From the IMG/VR virus record IMGVR_UViG_3300032116_000025: 64,000 bases of DNA, one strand, 5' to 3'. The translations under genes were made by a program, and so were the position numbers. Below the pieces are notes generated by a model. It saw only the letters and a program-made list of their open reading frames with translations. It was not told the DNA's origin and did no database searches. Every line of letters begins with the position of its first letter. The stretch's first letter is position 1. This document shows, piece by piece, positions 46,344 to 56,483 of this stretch. The DNA is from a virus.

Positions 46344-49300
46344 ACCACCAGAGTAACCTGGATGTAGTTAAGCGGGTAGAAGACGCCCACAGTGACGTCG
46401 ATCTCAAGCCGCGTGGGATCAGTCGCGTTCTGGCGAATCGCGTTGATCTCAAACGACTCAAAGACGCTCAGGCGGATGAGGAAGTTCCGCAACCCCTCCA
46501 TCGTGGTGGTAATCGCGTCCTGTACCGAGGTGGTGATGTTGAACCGCCCGATAAAGTTGCGAAGCGAGGCGCGAATCAGCTTGGAGGCAAAGTCGAGCGC
46601 CGTGGTGATCGAGAACTCGCGCTTCTCAACGGTGCTCATGTCGGTTGTGAGCTGGTGGCGGGTCCGAACAGGCTGGCCATCGGCCTCCTGGTAGAACACC
46701 CACAGACCACTGCCAGACAGGATCTTGAGTTGCGCCTCGGAGTAACGGTCCTGGCTACCCACGACGCCGGTGAACCCGACAAGCGTGGACTCCGTCATGG
46801 GCTCCTGCGGAAGCTTGGCGCTTGTCTTACCAGCCAACGCGCAGGACAGGTAGTAGCCGTCGATAAGCGTCTCTAGCCCGTCCAAGGTCGCCTTGGCCTG
46901 GGCAGGAGCAGTTGCGATCACGCGACGGTCACGATAGCCGAGGGCCAGCTCGCCGTAAGCAACCGCCTCTTCGGTGCGGTTAGCGATGAGCGCACCACGA
47001 ATCTTGACCGTGAATGGACGGTCAACAATCGAGGCGGTGAACACAGGGCTACCGGGAGCGTAGTAGAACCCGTCATCGTTGCCCGCCGTAAGCGGGCCGT
47101 CGTTGATTGTTACCTGGCCGCCGGATACCGACTGAACCAGGTACTTGTTGGTGTCATCCTCGAACTCCAGGTAGACGGGAACGTCTACCGTGGACGCGGG
47201 GTTGTACGGACCCGGGTAGCCTAGGGCAGCCAGGAGAGCCTGTAGGTTGGCGATGCCAGTCTCGACTACGTTTGACGTCGGGGCAGCAGTTACGTTGCCA
47301 AGGGGGCCGCTCGCGACAAGCGTAGAAGACTTACGCGTCGGGCGGCTGGGGTTGAGCATGAGCACGCGCTCAAGCCCGTTAGCCGGGAGGCTCATCTCGT
47401 CTACGTGAACCTGTCCGACAAGGCCCACCTCACCCGAGTGGGTGAGGGGTGCGATGGCGTACACGTCCTTAGACTCGATGAACTCAAACGCGCGGGTATA
47501 CGCGTCGAGGGTGCCCTCGGGCTCCGTGGTTGACGTGTCGTCGACGCCCACGCCGGTAACCTCTAGCCCAGGGGCGTTGAGGATGGCGAAGTACATGCCC
47601 AGACCCAGCGGATTCTGGGTGTCGATGGGAGATAGCTGCGCCTCAAGGTCGGCCACACTGCCGATTCGAAGGAGGTTGAAGTCCTCCGTCGCGGGGCTCA
47701 CGTCCTTACGGAGCGCGGTGTACCCTAGGTAGATCGCTAGCGGACCTGCTACCGTGGGAGTTCCGCCAGAATCGCGGAAGATGTTGTGCTTGACCCGAAC
47801 CGTGCCCGAGTCGGTGTCAATGTACAGGTCCGAGCTGGGGCGAGTCGTGGTCCAGAGGTCGTTGTCCAGGCCCTTGGCGACGACGTACCAGCTTGTTCCC
47901 GTGTAGGTGAGCAGCTGCTCCGCCGAGATACGCAGACGGTTGGAGACGCCCGTGGGAATCTCGGTAACCTGACCCAAGCGGATGCCGTCTACCCACACCT
48001 CGTCGCCCACAGCCGGGGCGAACGCGGTACCGTAAACAGCCGAGGTGCCCGTAGACGCAGCCGCGCCGAATGGGCCACCAAGACCCGTTAGGCCGACGGT
48101 GGAGAGCATCGTGGCGTCAGAGGCGTCCTTGTCGATAAGGATGACGCTTTCCTTGCCCCGGATGGTTACGCCACCCGTAGACGAGACGCTACGAAGAACC
48201 AGCTGGTTATCAAACGTAGAGATAGACGCTACGTTTGCTCCCCAAAGCGTGTTGATGGCCGCAACAAGGGTCGCGCCCGAAACAACCGATGTGGGCATAA
48301 CAAGCTGCTGCCAGTAGTCGCCGTCAAGCGACATGCGCAGAACCTTGCCCTGAACGTCGGTAGCCCAGGTAGCTACGGATGTTAGGTCGACAACCCCTAG
48401 CGCACGCGCAAAGCCCGGCTTTGGGCCGCCGTACAGGCTGGGAAGTAGCCCGATGACGCCAAAGCCGATCGAGCTTCCGCCGGTAACAGGACCAATCTGG
48501 ATGCTACCAGCACAGGTAGCGCCAGGCGCGGTGCTGCTGGTGATAACCGGGCGGTTGCTTGCGTTAAGGACTGCTGTTGCGCCCGTTAACCCAGCGTTTA
48601 GCTGCGAAATAGCTCCCGCAGCGTCTACCGGGTTGGCAAACGTGATGTTATTGAGAACACCGTCGACGTATACTTCAAGCGTAAACGTGCCAAAGTCGGC
48701 GGGGTAAGTAAGCGTAGTCCAGTCCACGGTGCCCGTGACGCTGGCATTGCGAGCCTGGAACTCCGCTCCGGTAAACTGAAGGTACGGAGAAAGGTTGTCG
48801 CCGTCACCGTCGTTGATGACCGACACCGCGGTTCCGGCGCCGTCAAGGAAGGTCTCGGTCTTGAGCGCCTCCCGCACGTTCCCGGCACCGTTGTTGATGA
48901 ACACGCGGACCGTAGCGTAGTCAATCGTAAGATCGCTAAGGTTGCTACGGGGGTCCGGGTAGTCCGAAAGCTGCGGCTCAAACGAGAAGAAGTTGGTGTA
49001 CCCCAGACGACCTACCGCCTTGTACCCGGGCAGTAGGTTGAAGCCTGTACCGGGCCACGCCGTAGCGAGGAGAGCCGCCGAGGTCGTCGTCCCAACCGCA
49101 ATGGTGGCATTCTCGCCCTTCGCAGTTGTGCGAAGAACGACGCGGGAGCTACCACCGCTCTCCTCTACCTCTGCAAGGAGGCCGGTGATCTCCTCGTCGT
49201 TGATAGCTTGGGCTACCTGGGCAGGAGTCTTGTTTGCAGGCAGCGCCGCAAACGTAATCCCTACTTCAGCAGCGTTATCTACGCTGAGCCTCAGCGTGGT

Positions 49301-49531
49301 TCCGCCGATGCCCGTGTAGGTAGCGCCGACAAACCCAAACGCGAGCCGCGCCGGAAGGGTGACCTGAGCTTCCGAGTTCAGAGTGCCGTCGTCAAGGACA
49401 GCCTCAATGACCTGGAAGCAGGGTCCCATGACGCAGGCCGGGAGCGTGGGAACAAGGATCTGGGGAGAGGTCGTCCGGAACTCCTGGATGACCTGAACTC
49501 CGGGCCTTTCGATCGTGGGCGGACTTGCCAT
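46340..49531 (-). CDS. contractile tail sheath protein
   Basis: N-terminal RPGVQVIQEF; C-terminal RHQLTTD....REFSI...DF...IR..LRNFIGR.NIT...P.NYI.VTL. Confidence 0.85.
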   Translation of the reverse strand: MASPPTIERPGVQVIQEFRTTSPQILVPTLPACVMGPCFQVIEAVLDDGTLNSEAQVTLPARLAFGFVGATYTGIGGTTLRLSVDNAAEVGITFAALPANKTPAQVAQAINDEEITGLLAEVEESGGSSRVVLRTTAKGENATIAVGTTTSAALLATAWPGTGFNLLPGYKAVGRLGYTNFFSFEPQLSDYPDPRSNLSDLTIDYATVRVFINNGAGNVREALKTETFLDGAGTAVSVINDGDGDNLSPYLQFTGAEFQARNASVTGTVDWTTLTYPADFGTFTLEVYVDGVLNNITFANPVDAAGAISQLNAGLTGATAVLNASNRPVITSSTAPGATCAGSIQIGPVTGGSSIGFGVIGLLPSLYGGPKPGFARALGVVDLTSVATWATDVQGKVLRMSLDGDYWQQLVMPTSVVSGATLVAAINTLWGANVASISTFDNQLVLRSVSSTGGVTIRGKESVILIDKDASDATMLSTVGLTGLGGPFGAAASTGTSAVYGTAFAPAVGDEVWVDGIRLGQVTEIPTGVSNRLRISAEQLLTYTGTSWYVVAKGLDNDLWTTTRPSSDLYIDTDSGTVRVKHNIFRDSGGTPTVAGPLAIYLGYTALRKDVSPATEDFNLLRIGSVADLEAQLSPIDTQNPLGLGMYFAILNAPGLEVTGVGVDDTSTTEPEGTLDAYTRAFEFIESKDVYAIAPLTHSGEVGLVGQVHVDEMSLPANGLERVLMLNPSRPTRKSSTLVASGPLGNVTAAPTSNVVETGIANLQALLAALGYPGPYNPASTVDVPVYLEFEDDTNKYLVQSVSGGQVTINDGPLTAGNDDGFYYAPGSPVFTASIVDRPFTVKIRGALIANRTEEAVAYGELALGYRDRRVIATAPAQAKATLDGLETLIDGYYLSCALAGKTSAKLPQEPMTESTLVGFTGVVGSQDRYSEAQLKILSGSGLWVFYQEADGQPVRTRHQLTTDMSTVEKREFSITTALDFASKLIRASLRNFIGRFNITTSVQDAITTTMEGLRNFLIRLSVFESFEINAIRQNATDPTRLEIDVTVGVFYPLNYIQVTLVV

Positions 49532-49541
49532 TTTCGTTCTC

Positions 49542-50450
49542 CTACTTGGTCTCGATATTGACCGTCAGAGGCTGACTGTATTGTGCCTCGTTCTGGTCGT
49601 TTTGTGGAAGTCCCCCGCCTCCTGACGTGAAACCGCCGGACACGATTGACGGGGGGACGGCAGCATTTCGGGAAGCCGCAGTCTGTACAGGTTGTGCCAC
49701 CGCGGTGCCTTGGAGAAGCGCCACGTTTGTCCCGCCCGAAGCTGGTGAAGTGTTGGCCGACGGTGTAGCGGAGGCTGCGGGAGAAGTACCCGTAGAGCCT
49801 GCTGGTGTCGTGGCTCCAGACACCGAAACCCCACTCACAATCTTCTTATTGAGTGGCAGCTTAGACGTGCTGTGTTGCAAATACGCTGGAAGCGAAATGA
49901 CTACAACACACCACTCAAAATCAGTGCTTTCAACAAGTGCCCCAGCGGGAGACGGGGCAGAAATAGAAGCCCTAGCCCCTGTGTAGAGGAGCTGGGGCAT
50001 TGACTTCACAATCTCCTCTCGGAACGTGAAGATCTGCTCCTGAATGAACCACGCGAGCGACTCTGCCTCTACCGGCATGCGGCTTAACACGTTGATCATC
50101 AGATTGGTGGGAATCAGATCCATGCGGACCTGAGCACCGGTCTGTAAATCAACGTAGGCAAGATCTCCGATACCAACGCCTTGGAACGCCGCTCCGCTAC
50201 GAAGAACGGTGATGGCGGGCCGCTTGCCAACAACTTGTGGCTTGATGGGCGTATCCGCAGAGATAAAAATCTCGGCCCCAGCCTGGTCAGGAGAGCTTTC
50301 TGCCTCCGGCTTCCATTGGTAAGCGCCAGCGGGCAGCGTAGAGAACCGCCATTTTAGAAAGCTAATGATGTGGCGGACCAGCTCAAAGGTGGGCGGGAAT
50401 ACCTGGCCCTGTAGGTATCCTTCAGGCGTAGTTGGGGAGATTGCCGTCAT
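49542..50450 (-). CDS. tail completion/terminator-like protein
   Basis: immediately upstream of the sheath; KRPAITV.RS...INVLSR...EAE.LAW. Confidence 0.5.
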   Translation of the reverse strand: MTAISPTTPEGYLQGQVFPPTFELVRHIISFLKWRFSTLPAGAYQWKPEAESSPDQAGAEIFISADTPIKPQVVGKRPAITVLRSGAAFQGVGIGDLAYVDLQTGAQVRMDLIPTNLMINVLSRMPVEAESLAWFIQEQIFTFREEIVKSMPQLLYTGARASISAPSPAGALVESTDFEWCVVVISLPAYLQHSTSKLPLNKKIVSGVSVSGATTPAGSTGTSPAASATPSANTSPASGGTNVALLQGTAVAQPVQTAASRNAAVPPSIVSGGFTSGGGGLPQNDQNEAQYSQPLTVNIETK

Positions 50451-51070
50451 GGGCGTCTCGCAAGTCGGGAGCCCACGAATACAGAAAACTCGCCTGACAG
50501 CTTTTCCTGCACCTGTTGCTGCGGAGACCGAGCACCGGCCTCATCTCGCCTGCGGGCCATCTCTCCACGGCTCCGACCCATGGCGTAAGAACCAACTGAA
50601 GAGAGGAGTGCCGTTGCAGCGGGAATGTGTTTCGTCCACTCGGGACGCACACCTTCCCGCGCAAGCCGCTCCCCTACTGCGCCGGAAATCGTCTTTCCGA
50701 TCCCCCAACCTAAGCCGGTTGCAAGAATAACAAGAGGGATGTCTTTGAGCGTCTGCTTCCAACGCTCTTCGTCCATCTTTTCTGCGCTGGTCTTGCTGCG
50801 CTTAGCGATCGGGGCGCGGTATTCCTCTTCAGTCGTTTTGATCTCGGCGTTGGTGACGCCACCGCACGCGTCGTCCGCGCGCTTTACAATCCCAGTCCCA
50901 GGTATCGAGCTTTTAACTCCAAACGTTCCTAGGGCAGGCGGTTTTAGGGCTTTATTTGTTGGCCCTACTGCGCCGAGCACCCGCCCAGCATCAAGCTGAC
51001 GAAAGACGCCAGGCACGTTCGATAGCTTATCGAACGTATGCCTCAGCACAGTTTCGTCAGCCCGCGGCAT
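50447..51070 (-). CDS. virion protein with hydrophobic Gly-rich segments and KxA/S motifs
   Basis: KRAD, KTSA, KLSG; two TM-like segments. Confidence 0.55.
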   Translation of the reverse strand: MPRADETVLRHTFDKLSNVPGVFRQLDAGRVLGAVGPTNKALKPPALGTFGVKSSIPGTGIVKRADDACGGVTNAEIKTTEEEYRAPIAKRSKTSAEKMDEERWKQTLKDIPLVILATGLGWGIGKTISGAVGERLAREGVRPEWTKHIPAATALLSSVGSYAMGRSRGEMARRRDEAGARSPQQQVQEKLSGEFSVFVGSRLARRP

Positions 51071-51071
51071 C

Positions 51072-51695
51072 TCAGCCCTTTGTCGCCCGGCCTACCATGG
51101 CGGCGGTTCCAAGCGTGCCTACCGCTCCAGCCGCCCCAAGACCCTTATGGAGCAGGTCCCTACCGGCCGCTCGCGTGGCGCCCGGCCCTAGGAAGTTCTG
51201 AGCTGCCGTGATTCCCTTATTGTAGAGCCCGGCGCCCGCGCTGCCCATACCAGCGCTGCTCATACCCTTTAGACCCAGCCCGGCAACACCCTTGCCCAGG
51301 GCGCCTAGAGTAGCCCCTAGAAACGCGGTCTTCTCAACCTCGTCGGAGAATGCGGCCCACATAACACGGTCATAAGGGGTCATGGCTTCCTTGGTTTCCT
51401 CTGAAGGTTTTTTCTTCCGGGCTGATGCGCGAGCTTCGGCACGCTGGTGCATCCTCTGCTGCGTAACGACATCCCGCATTGACTTCTCACGGCCCTTTAG
51501 CCCGCCGTGAACAGCCCCAATGATACCACCCACGGTCCCGAGGGTACCAGGCCCAACCTTTCCACCAGTATGCTTCAGCAGCGCTCCTAGCGCAGTACCC
51601 GCAGCGGTCCCCTTGGCGGCCTCGCCAAGGATCTCCTTTGCGTACATCGTGCTGTGGAGACCGGACTCCCCTTCGACTTTAGGACGGTCAGTCAT
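51072..51695 (-). CDS. Gly-zipper-rich virion protein
   Basis: GTAAGTALGALL, GTVGGIIGAVHGG; FSDEVEKTAF. Confidence 0.55.
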   Translation of the reverse strand: MTDRPKVEGESGLHSTMYAKEILGEAAKGTAAGTALGALLKHTGGKVGPGTLGTVGGIIGAVHGGLKGREKSMRDVVTQQRMHQRAEARASARKKKPSEETKEAMTPYDRVMWAAFSDEVEKTAFLGATLGALGKGVAGLGLKGMSSAGMGSAGAGLYNKGITAAQNFLGPGATRAAGRDLLHKGLGAAGAVGTLGTAAMVGRATKG

Positions 51696-51696
51696 A

Positions 51697-52608
51697 TCAC
51701 TCTTCCCCTACGTTGCTGGGGTAGGTCGGGTAGTTAGCAAAGATGTTGGGGGTTCTCTCGTCGATCGCGGAGAACAGATCCGTGGGGTTTGTAAACATCC
51801 TAGGAGGGCTCGGCTGAATGTCCTTGAGCGCCCTAGTGAGGTTGATGGGCAGGCGGTATTCAATGTCAGTCAAAGCAATCTGTCGGAGTGTTAACTCCTG
51901 CTTGATCGGGGCGCGTAGCCGCTCAGACTGTGTGACTGATAAAACCCGCCACCGCTTGTTTTCTGCTTCAACCAGCACATCCCCAGGCCCAATGTTTGGG
52001 TAGAACGACGTACGGGCTGACGTGGCTGTCTGCTGGTCAATCTGCTGCGCGTTGTTCTGTTGAGACTTTGCAGCAGGATCAATCTGAATCCAGACTTCGA
52101 TGGGGTCGAGGTACCCGCGCAGGTAGCCGGTGTCGAAGCAGTCGATACAGCTAGACCGTGTCCGCTTGTGGCTTGTTGTATCCCAGCAAGAAGGGCACCT
52201 TGCCCCAAAACTGCGGAGCTTAAACAGCCAACAAGCCCTTCCAATGACCTGCGTTAGCAGTGTCATCTCACTACGGCGGATGTACTGAGCAACTAGATCC
52301 GGGTCAGCCTCATGGGTTGCCGGGCCATGCTCACGAACATCTCCTGAAGACTTGTGGACGACCCGAAGCTTGTACCAAAGCTGGCGAAACCGGTCTCCCT
52401 GTGGGACCCGCGCGTCTACAAAGATATAGCGGTCCTCAAACGTTGCAGTGACCGGATCAAACGGCCCCTCGGGAGACTCCGAGCGTAGAACCTGAAACGT
52501 GTAATCGAGGGCGTCCTCTTGGGTGTCATTGACCTCCCAAGTGAACTCCTTTCGATCCACGTCTAGGCTCCGCACTCGGAGCTTATCGATGGGCAGGTAG
52601 TGCGGCAT
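51697..52608 (-). CDS. neck/head-closure protein with Zn finger
   Basis: RCPSCWD...CIDCFDTGYLRGY..PI...P.I.PGDVLVEAENKRWRV. Confidence 0.55.
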   Translation of the reverse strand: MPHYLPIDKLRVRSLDVDRKEFTWEVNDTQEDALDYTFQVLRSESPEGPFDPVTATFEDRYIFVDARVPQGDRFRQLWYKLRVVHKSSGDVREHGPATHEADPDLVAQYIRRSEMTLLTQVIGRACWLFKLRSFGARCPSCWDTTSHKRTRSSCIDCFDTGYLRGYLDPIEVWIQIDPAAKSQQNNAQQIDQQTATSARTSFYPNIGPGDVLVEAENKRWRVLSVTQSERLRAPIKQELTLRQIALTDIEYRLPINLTRALKDIQPSPPRMFTNPTDLFSAIDERTPNIFANYPTYPSNVGEE

Positions 52609-52617
52609 ACAGGGTGG

Positions 52618-54549
52618 TCAAGCAGCACTGAATAGTGATAGCGGCGGAGCAGGAACGTTTGTGGGGTACACCCCGCTGCTTCGAAGCTTTTGTCCCGCAG
52701 CGGCCATGCCGCTAAGCATGTTGTTGGGCTGCTTAGCTAGGTTCCTAGCTACTTCGTGAGAAACCCCATGAGACAGCTCCTGCGCCGACATAGCCGCCGT
52801 AGGAATGAGCTTTCTTTGGACTGTCTTAGCTACAGCGGACGCGGGGAGCGCAGCGCTTAGCTTTTTAAAAAGCAGCGAGCTGGCCTTTCGCAAATAGCGG
52901 TCTTCAAGCGCGGTCAACTCACTGTCTAAGCGCCTTCGAGCAGCGAGGCCCTTTTCAGACGGCACTCCTCGGGTAAGCACTGGCGGCGAAGATACGGGCT
53001 TAGTGGGGACCAGCGTAGGCGCTACTCGGCTAGCAGCGCGAGCCTCGCCGCTCTCAAACTTACGGATAGCGGAAGCGATGCCACCAAAGTCGTGCGGGGC
53101 GGCGCTGCTCAGTCCACCGGTAAGGATCTGGCCCGGCTTGAACGCGACCTTCATAGACGACTTCTTGACCCCCGGCAGGTCTAGGTTGCTAATCCTTATA
53201 AACCTTGTTCTGTCGGTGCGAGGGCCAACTGGCAGTCCTCTGGGCGGGCCGAGCGTCTTCTTCAGTTTTTCTGCCGCCGCAACCGCAGACGGGTTGTTAT
53301 GGAACAGCTCACTAAGCGCCATCCCAGCCCGGTCATTCATGCCGGCGTACTTGCCAAGCGCGGCAGATACCTTGGTGGGCGCGTCGTACTTTCCGACGTA
53401 ACTAACCCGCGGGGACTGAAGGAAGTCCGAGGGCTTTGTGGCGTGGCGAGCTACCCCAGGAGCAATCCGATGCTTGCCAAACGCGTTGGCGACCATCGAC
53501 GAGCAGATAACCTGGTTCTCGTTAATCGGCTTGTCGCCGATGTCCATGAAGGCGCTAGCCGCCGCGGGAATGAGATCCTTCGTGTTGTAGTGGATCTTAT
53601 CCCGGTTCTTGAAGTAGCTTTCGGCGCGCTGAACTGCTTCTTGCCGCGCTTTACCCCGGACGTTGGGGCGCACCACGGCGACCCCAAGATCCTTGGTTAG
53701 ACTCTTCAAAGGAACCTTGCGCACACCCGTTTCGGCGCGGATGTCGATTACGTTGCCATCACCGGTGTAGATACCTGCGTGGGTGTACTTGCCCTGAATG
53801 GCTCCGGATACAGCACCAAAGACGCTTCCACCAATCCGCTGGAGCAGGCCAGCATCTTCGGGAAGCGGCTGGGGCGTCATAAGAACGACGTCGCCCGGCT
53901 TCATGTTCTTGGTAAGATCTTCAACCGTCTTGTGGCTCTGAAGCTCACGAGCAACCTTAGCCACCCCGCCGCTAAACAGCGAGATCAGCTTCTCGTCGTG
54001 GGCGCCCTTGGTAACAAAGCCTTCGCCGTCGGTTCGGGGGCTTACGTGCTGTACGTCGGGAGAGACGCTTGTGTCTTGCTGACGGCGCTCTTCACGAGTT
54101 GCGAGGCGGCCCGCAGAGTCAATCCCAAGCGCAGCACGGGGCCACTCGGGAGCCGTGGCAATCCCGTTGTTTACCTGGCCGCCGTACTCAACGTCTTCTG
54201 CGCGCTTAATCTTGCTGACTAACCCCTTGATCTTAGTGCCAAGCCCAACAGGGGGAGCAGACGCCCCGCGGGAAGCAACTGCTCGCTCTAACGAACCGCG
54301 GTCAACGGGCGCATTAAACTGAGCTACGAGCTTTTTTGTGAACTCTGGGTCTAGCTCAGACTTCTTCTTGAGCTGACCTAGCCGATGCATCTTCTCCCGA
54401 AGGGGGTCTCCGTTTGCAGCAAGCTTTTGACCCTCTCGCAGATCCGCTAGGGCGCGCATATCAAACAAAGACAACTCCTCTGGGGTCTCTGTGCGGTGGG
54501 GCGCGATGAGGCCAGCTACCACGTCATCTAAATCTGTTCGACGAGACAT
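52618..54549 (-). CDS. modular virion protein with permuted papain-like NlpC/P60 (YiiX/YaeF-type) domain
   Basis: KPGDVVL...YTHAGIY.GDG.VI...GVR...Y...ICSSMVANAF...PSD; His precedes Cys. Confidence 0.75.
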   Translation of the reverse strand: MSRRTDLDDVVAGLIAPHRTETPEELSLFDMRALADLREGQKLAANGDPLREKMHRLGQLKKKSELDPEFTKKLVAQFNAPVDRGSLERAVASRGASAPPVGLGTKIKGLVSKIKRAEDVEYGGQVNNGIATAPEWPRAALGIDSAGRLATREERRQQDTSVSPDVQHVSPRTDGEGFVTKGAHDEKLISLFSGGVAKVARELQSHKTVEDLTKNMKPGDVVLMTPQPLPEDAGLLQRIGGSVFGAVSGAIQGKYTHAGIYTGDGNVIDIRAETGVRKVPLKSLTKDLGVAVVRPNVRGKARQEAVQRAESYFKNRDKIHYNTKDLIPAAASAFMDIGDKPINENQVICSSMVANAFGKHRIAPGVARHATKPSDFLQSPRVSYVGKYDAPTKVSAALGKYAGMNDRAGMALSELFHNNPSAVAAAEKLKKTLGPPRGLPVGPRTDRTRFIRISNLDLPGVKKSSMKVAFKPGQILTGGLSSAAPHDFGGIASAIRKFESGEARAASRVAPTLVPTKPVSSPPVLTRGVPSEKGLAARRRLDSELTALEDRYLRKASSLLFKKLSAALPASAVAKTVQRKLIPTAAMSAQELSHGVSHEVARNLAKQPNNMLSGMAAAGQKLRSSGVYPTNVPAPPLSLFSAA

Positions 54550-54561
54550 CGTTATCTCCTG

Positions 54562-55956
54562 TCAGGCGCCCGTAGCCTGGCTAATCGCTGCTTGTTGCCC
54601 CTGAATCTGCGCTTCCTGAGAGGCGCGCTGCGCTTCAGCGGTCTCTTCCTTAGCCCGAGGCCCGCCCTGCTGCATAGCGGCCATCTGCTCGGAAGCTAGC
54701 TGACCAATAGCCTGCTGCTGGGCCATTTGCTGTTGCTGCTGAGTAGCCGTAGATACGTCGCCCGGACCAGCAACAGCCGGCATGCCAAGACCCTCTTCAC
54801 CAGCTGCATCTTGCGAAGCCATATTCGCTAGCTGCTGGCGAATCTGAGACAACCGCACGGAGAGCCGCATCTTTGCCTCGGCTTCCGCAGCGGCTTGGGC
54901 CTGCGCTTGAGTTGTGGCAGTTTGCGCAGCCTGTGCCATTTGCTGCTGGGCCGCTGCTTGCTGCATAGCCTGGCTTGCCTGCATCGCTGCCTGCTGCGCA
55001 GACATGTTCGACTGCTCGGCCATCATCTGAACTTGAGCGGCAGTGTTCTGCGCTTGCTGTAGCCGAGCGGCAAGATCCTGCCGCTCGGCCTCACTCTGGG
55101 CTAAAGATAACTGGTGCTCACGTTGAACGTAGGACTCAATGGGCTCTGAGCCCGGCGCAGGCACCATCTCTTGCGCGCTCTTGCGTCGAGCGATCTTAAT
55201 CGCCGCAGCTAGCTTAGGCCCCGCTGCGGCCGGAACCTGCGCCACTTCCATCATGGGCTGCGGGGACTGGTGCATCGGAACGCCAGCTGGCATAAACTGC
55301 CAAAGCTTATCAAGGTGTCCCTGCTCCTCCGAGAGCATCTCCTCGACCGTGTACTTCATGGGGTTTTCCCCCATCTGGCTGTGCAGAGCCTTAAGCAGCA
55401 CAATAGCCTGCTGCTCCCCGGCAATCATCTGGTTAAGGATCTGAACTGGATCCACCATTGGAGTCGGGCTGGGCGGAATGGGAATCTGCACACCGCCCGG
55501 CATGAGGACCGAGATACGCTTTAGGAGATACTGAGCATCTTCGATCTCTTGCTTAGCGATGTCGCCAAACACCTTGGACAGGTCGCGGTTAAGCCCGCGG
55601 AGCATCTCCGCATAGAAGAGGTAGGCTAGCTGAAGCTTTAGCTCGTGACTAACAAGCTGGGCCATCGTCATCACGGCCTGATCGACCGGAACTGCAAACT
55701 CACCCTCAAGGTGGCCCGAGGTATCAGGAGTTGCCTGCTGGTACAGCGCTTCTGCATCAGCAGGGGACGCTTCGTCACCCGAAGCTACCGCCTCAGTGTG
55801 CGTAGCCAGATTCTGGTCTGGTGCGGCCTCGCCGGGAGCAGCCAGCTTACGAAGAGCGTGCAAAAAGATGCCGCCCTGAACCGGTGTACCGGCAGACTTC
55901 TGAAGAGATAGGATGTCTAGGTCCAGCTCTTGGTAGTGGCGCATTAGAGCCCTCAC
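54562..55956 (-). CDS. ferritin-like domain protein with Q/A-rich coiled coil
   Basis: four-helix pattern HELKLQLAY...QEIEDA...GEQQAI...EEQGHL. Confidence 0.7.
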   Translation of the reverse strand: MRALMRHYQELDLDILSLQKSAGTPVQGGIFLHALRKLAAPGEAAPDQNLATHTEAVASGDEASPADAEALYQQATPDTSGHLEGEFAVPVDQAVMTMAQLVSHELKLQLAYLFYAEMLRGLNRDLSKVFGDIAKQEIEDAQYLLKRISVLMPGGVQIPIPPSPTPMVDPVQILNQMIAGEQQAIVLLKALHSQMGENPMKYTVEEMLSEEQGHLDKLWQFMPAGVPMHQSPQPMMEVAQVPAAAGPKLAAAIKIARRKSAQEMVPAPGSEPIESYVQREHQLSLAQSEAERQDLAARLQQAQNTAAQVQMMAEQSNMSAQQAAMQASQAMQQAAAQQQMAQAAQTATTQAQAQAAAEAEAKMRLSVRLSQIRQQLANMASQDAAGEEGLGMPAVAGPGDVSTATQQQQQMAQQQAIGQLASEQMAAMQQGGPRAKEETAEAQRASQEAQIQGQQAAISQATGA

Positions 55957-56420
55957 GGAGAGACAATGAGTGTTAGCTGCCCAAAGGAGGGTCCGCCCGT
56001 CATCCCAGAGATCTTAGCAATCGGGATGATGCCAGCAGAGGTAAAGGCCGATAGCCCCAGGTCCGCAAGCGCCGTTCCAGTCCCATCCAGCGCCAGCCCA
56101 GCATCTCGCTGAAACACGAGGCGCTGCTTAGGGATGAGCCTTCCGTCGCCCGCGCGGCTCGTTGTGTGCGGGCCGTAGTCATACGCGCGTGAAACAGCGA
56201 CCGTAGAGCCAACAGCGGCGTTGATCTCTGTCACAACCGCCGCTAGCGACATAAACGAACCTACGGCACCTGACAAGGTCACGGTTACCGCCGGAGTCGT
56301 AAAGACCAGGGTCTTTCCCCCCACAGGCAAGTCCAGCGTAGGGATTGGGTTCCCGAGCGTTGCCCCGTTGATGTAATCCTCTAGCGTCTCTCGGGTCCCG
56401 ACGATGATCTTGTGTGGCAT
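55953..56420 (-). CDS. virion structural protein (hypothetical)
   Basis: beta-rich ORF in the head/neck module. Confidence 0.5.
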   Translation of the reverse strand: MPHKIIVGTRETLEDYINGATLGNPIPTLDLPVGGKTLVFTTPAVTVTLSGAVGSFMSLAAVVTEINAAVGSTVAVSRAYDYGPHTTSRAGDGRLIPKQRLVFQRDAGLALDGTGTALADLGLSAFTSAGIIPIAKISGMTGGPSFGQLTLIVSP

Positions 56421-56483
56421 GGCCTAGTTCCTTCTGATCTTGCCCACAAACGCGGCGAACTTGCCCAAACGCGGCTTGTGGCT

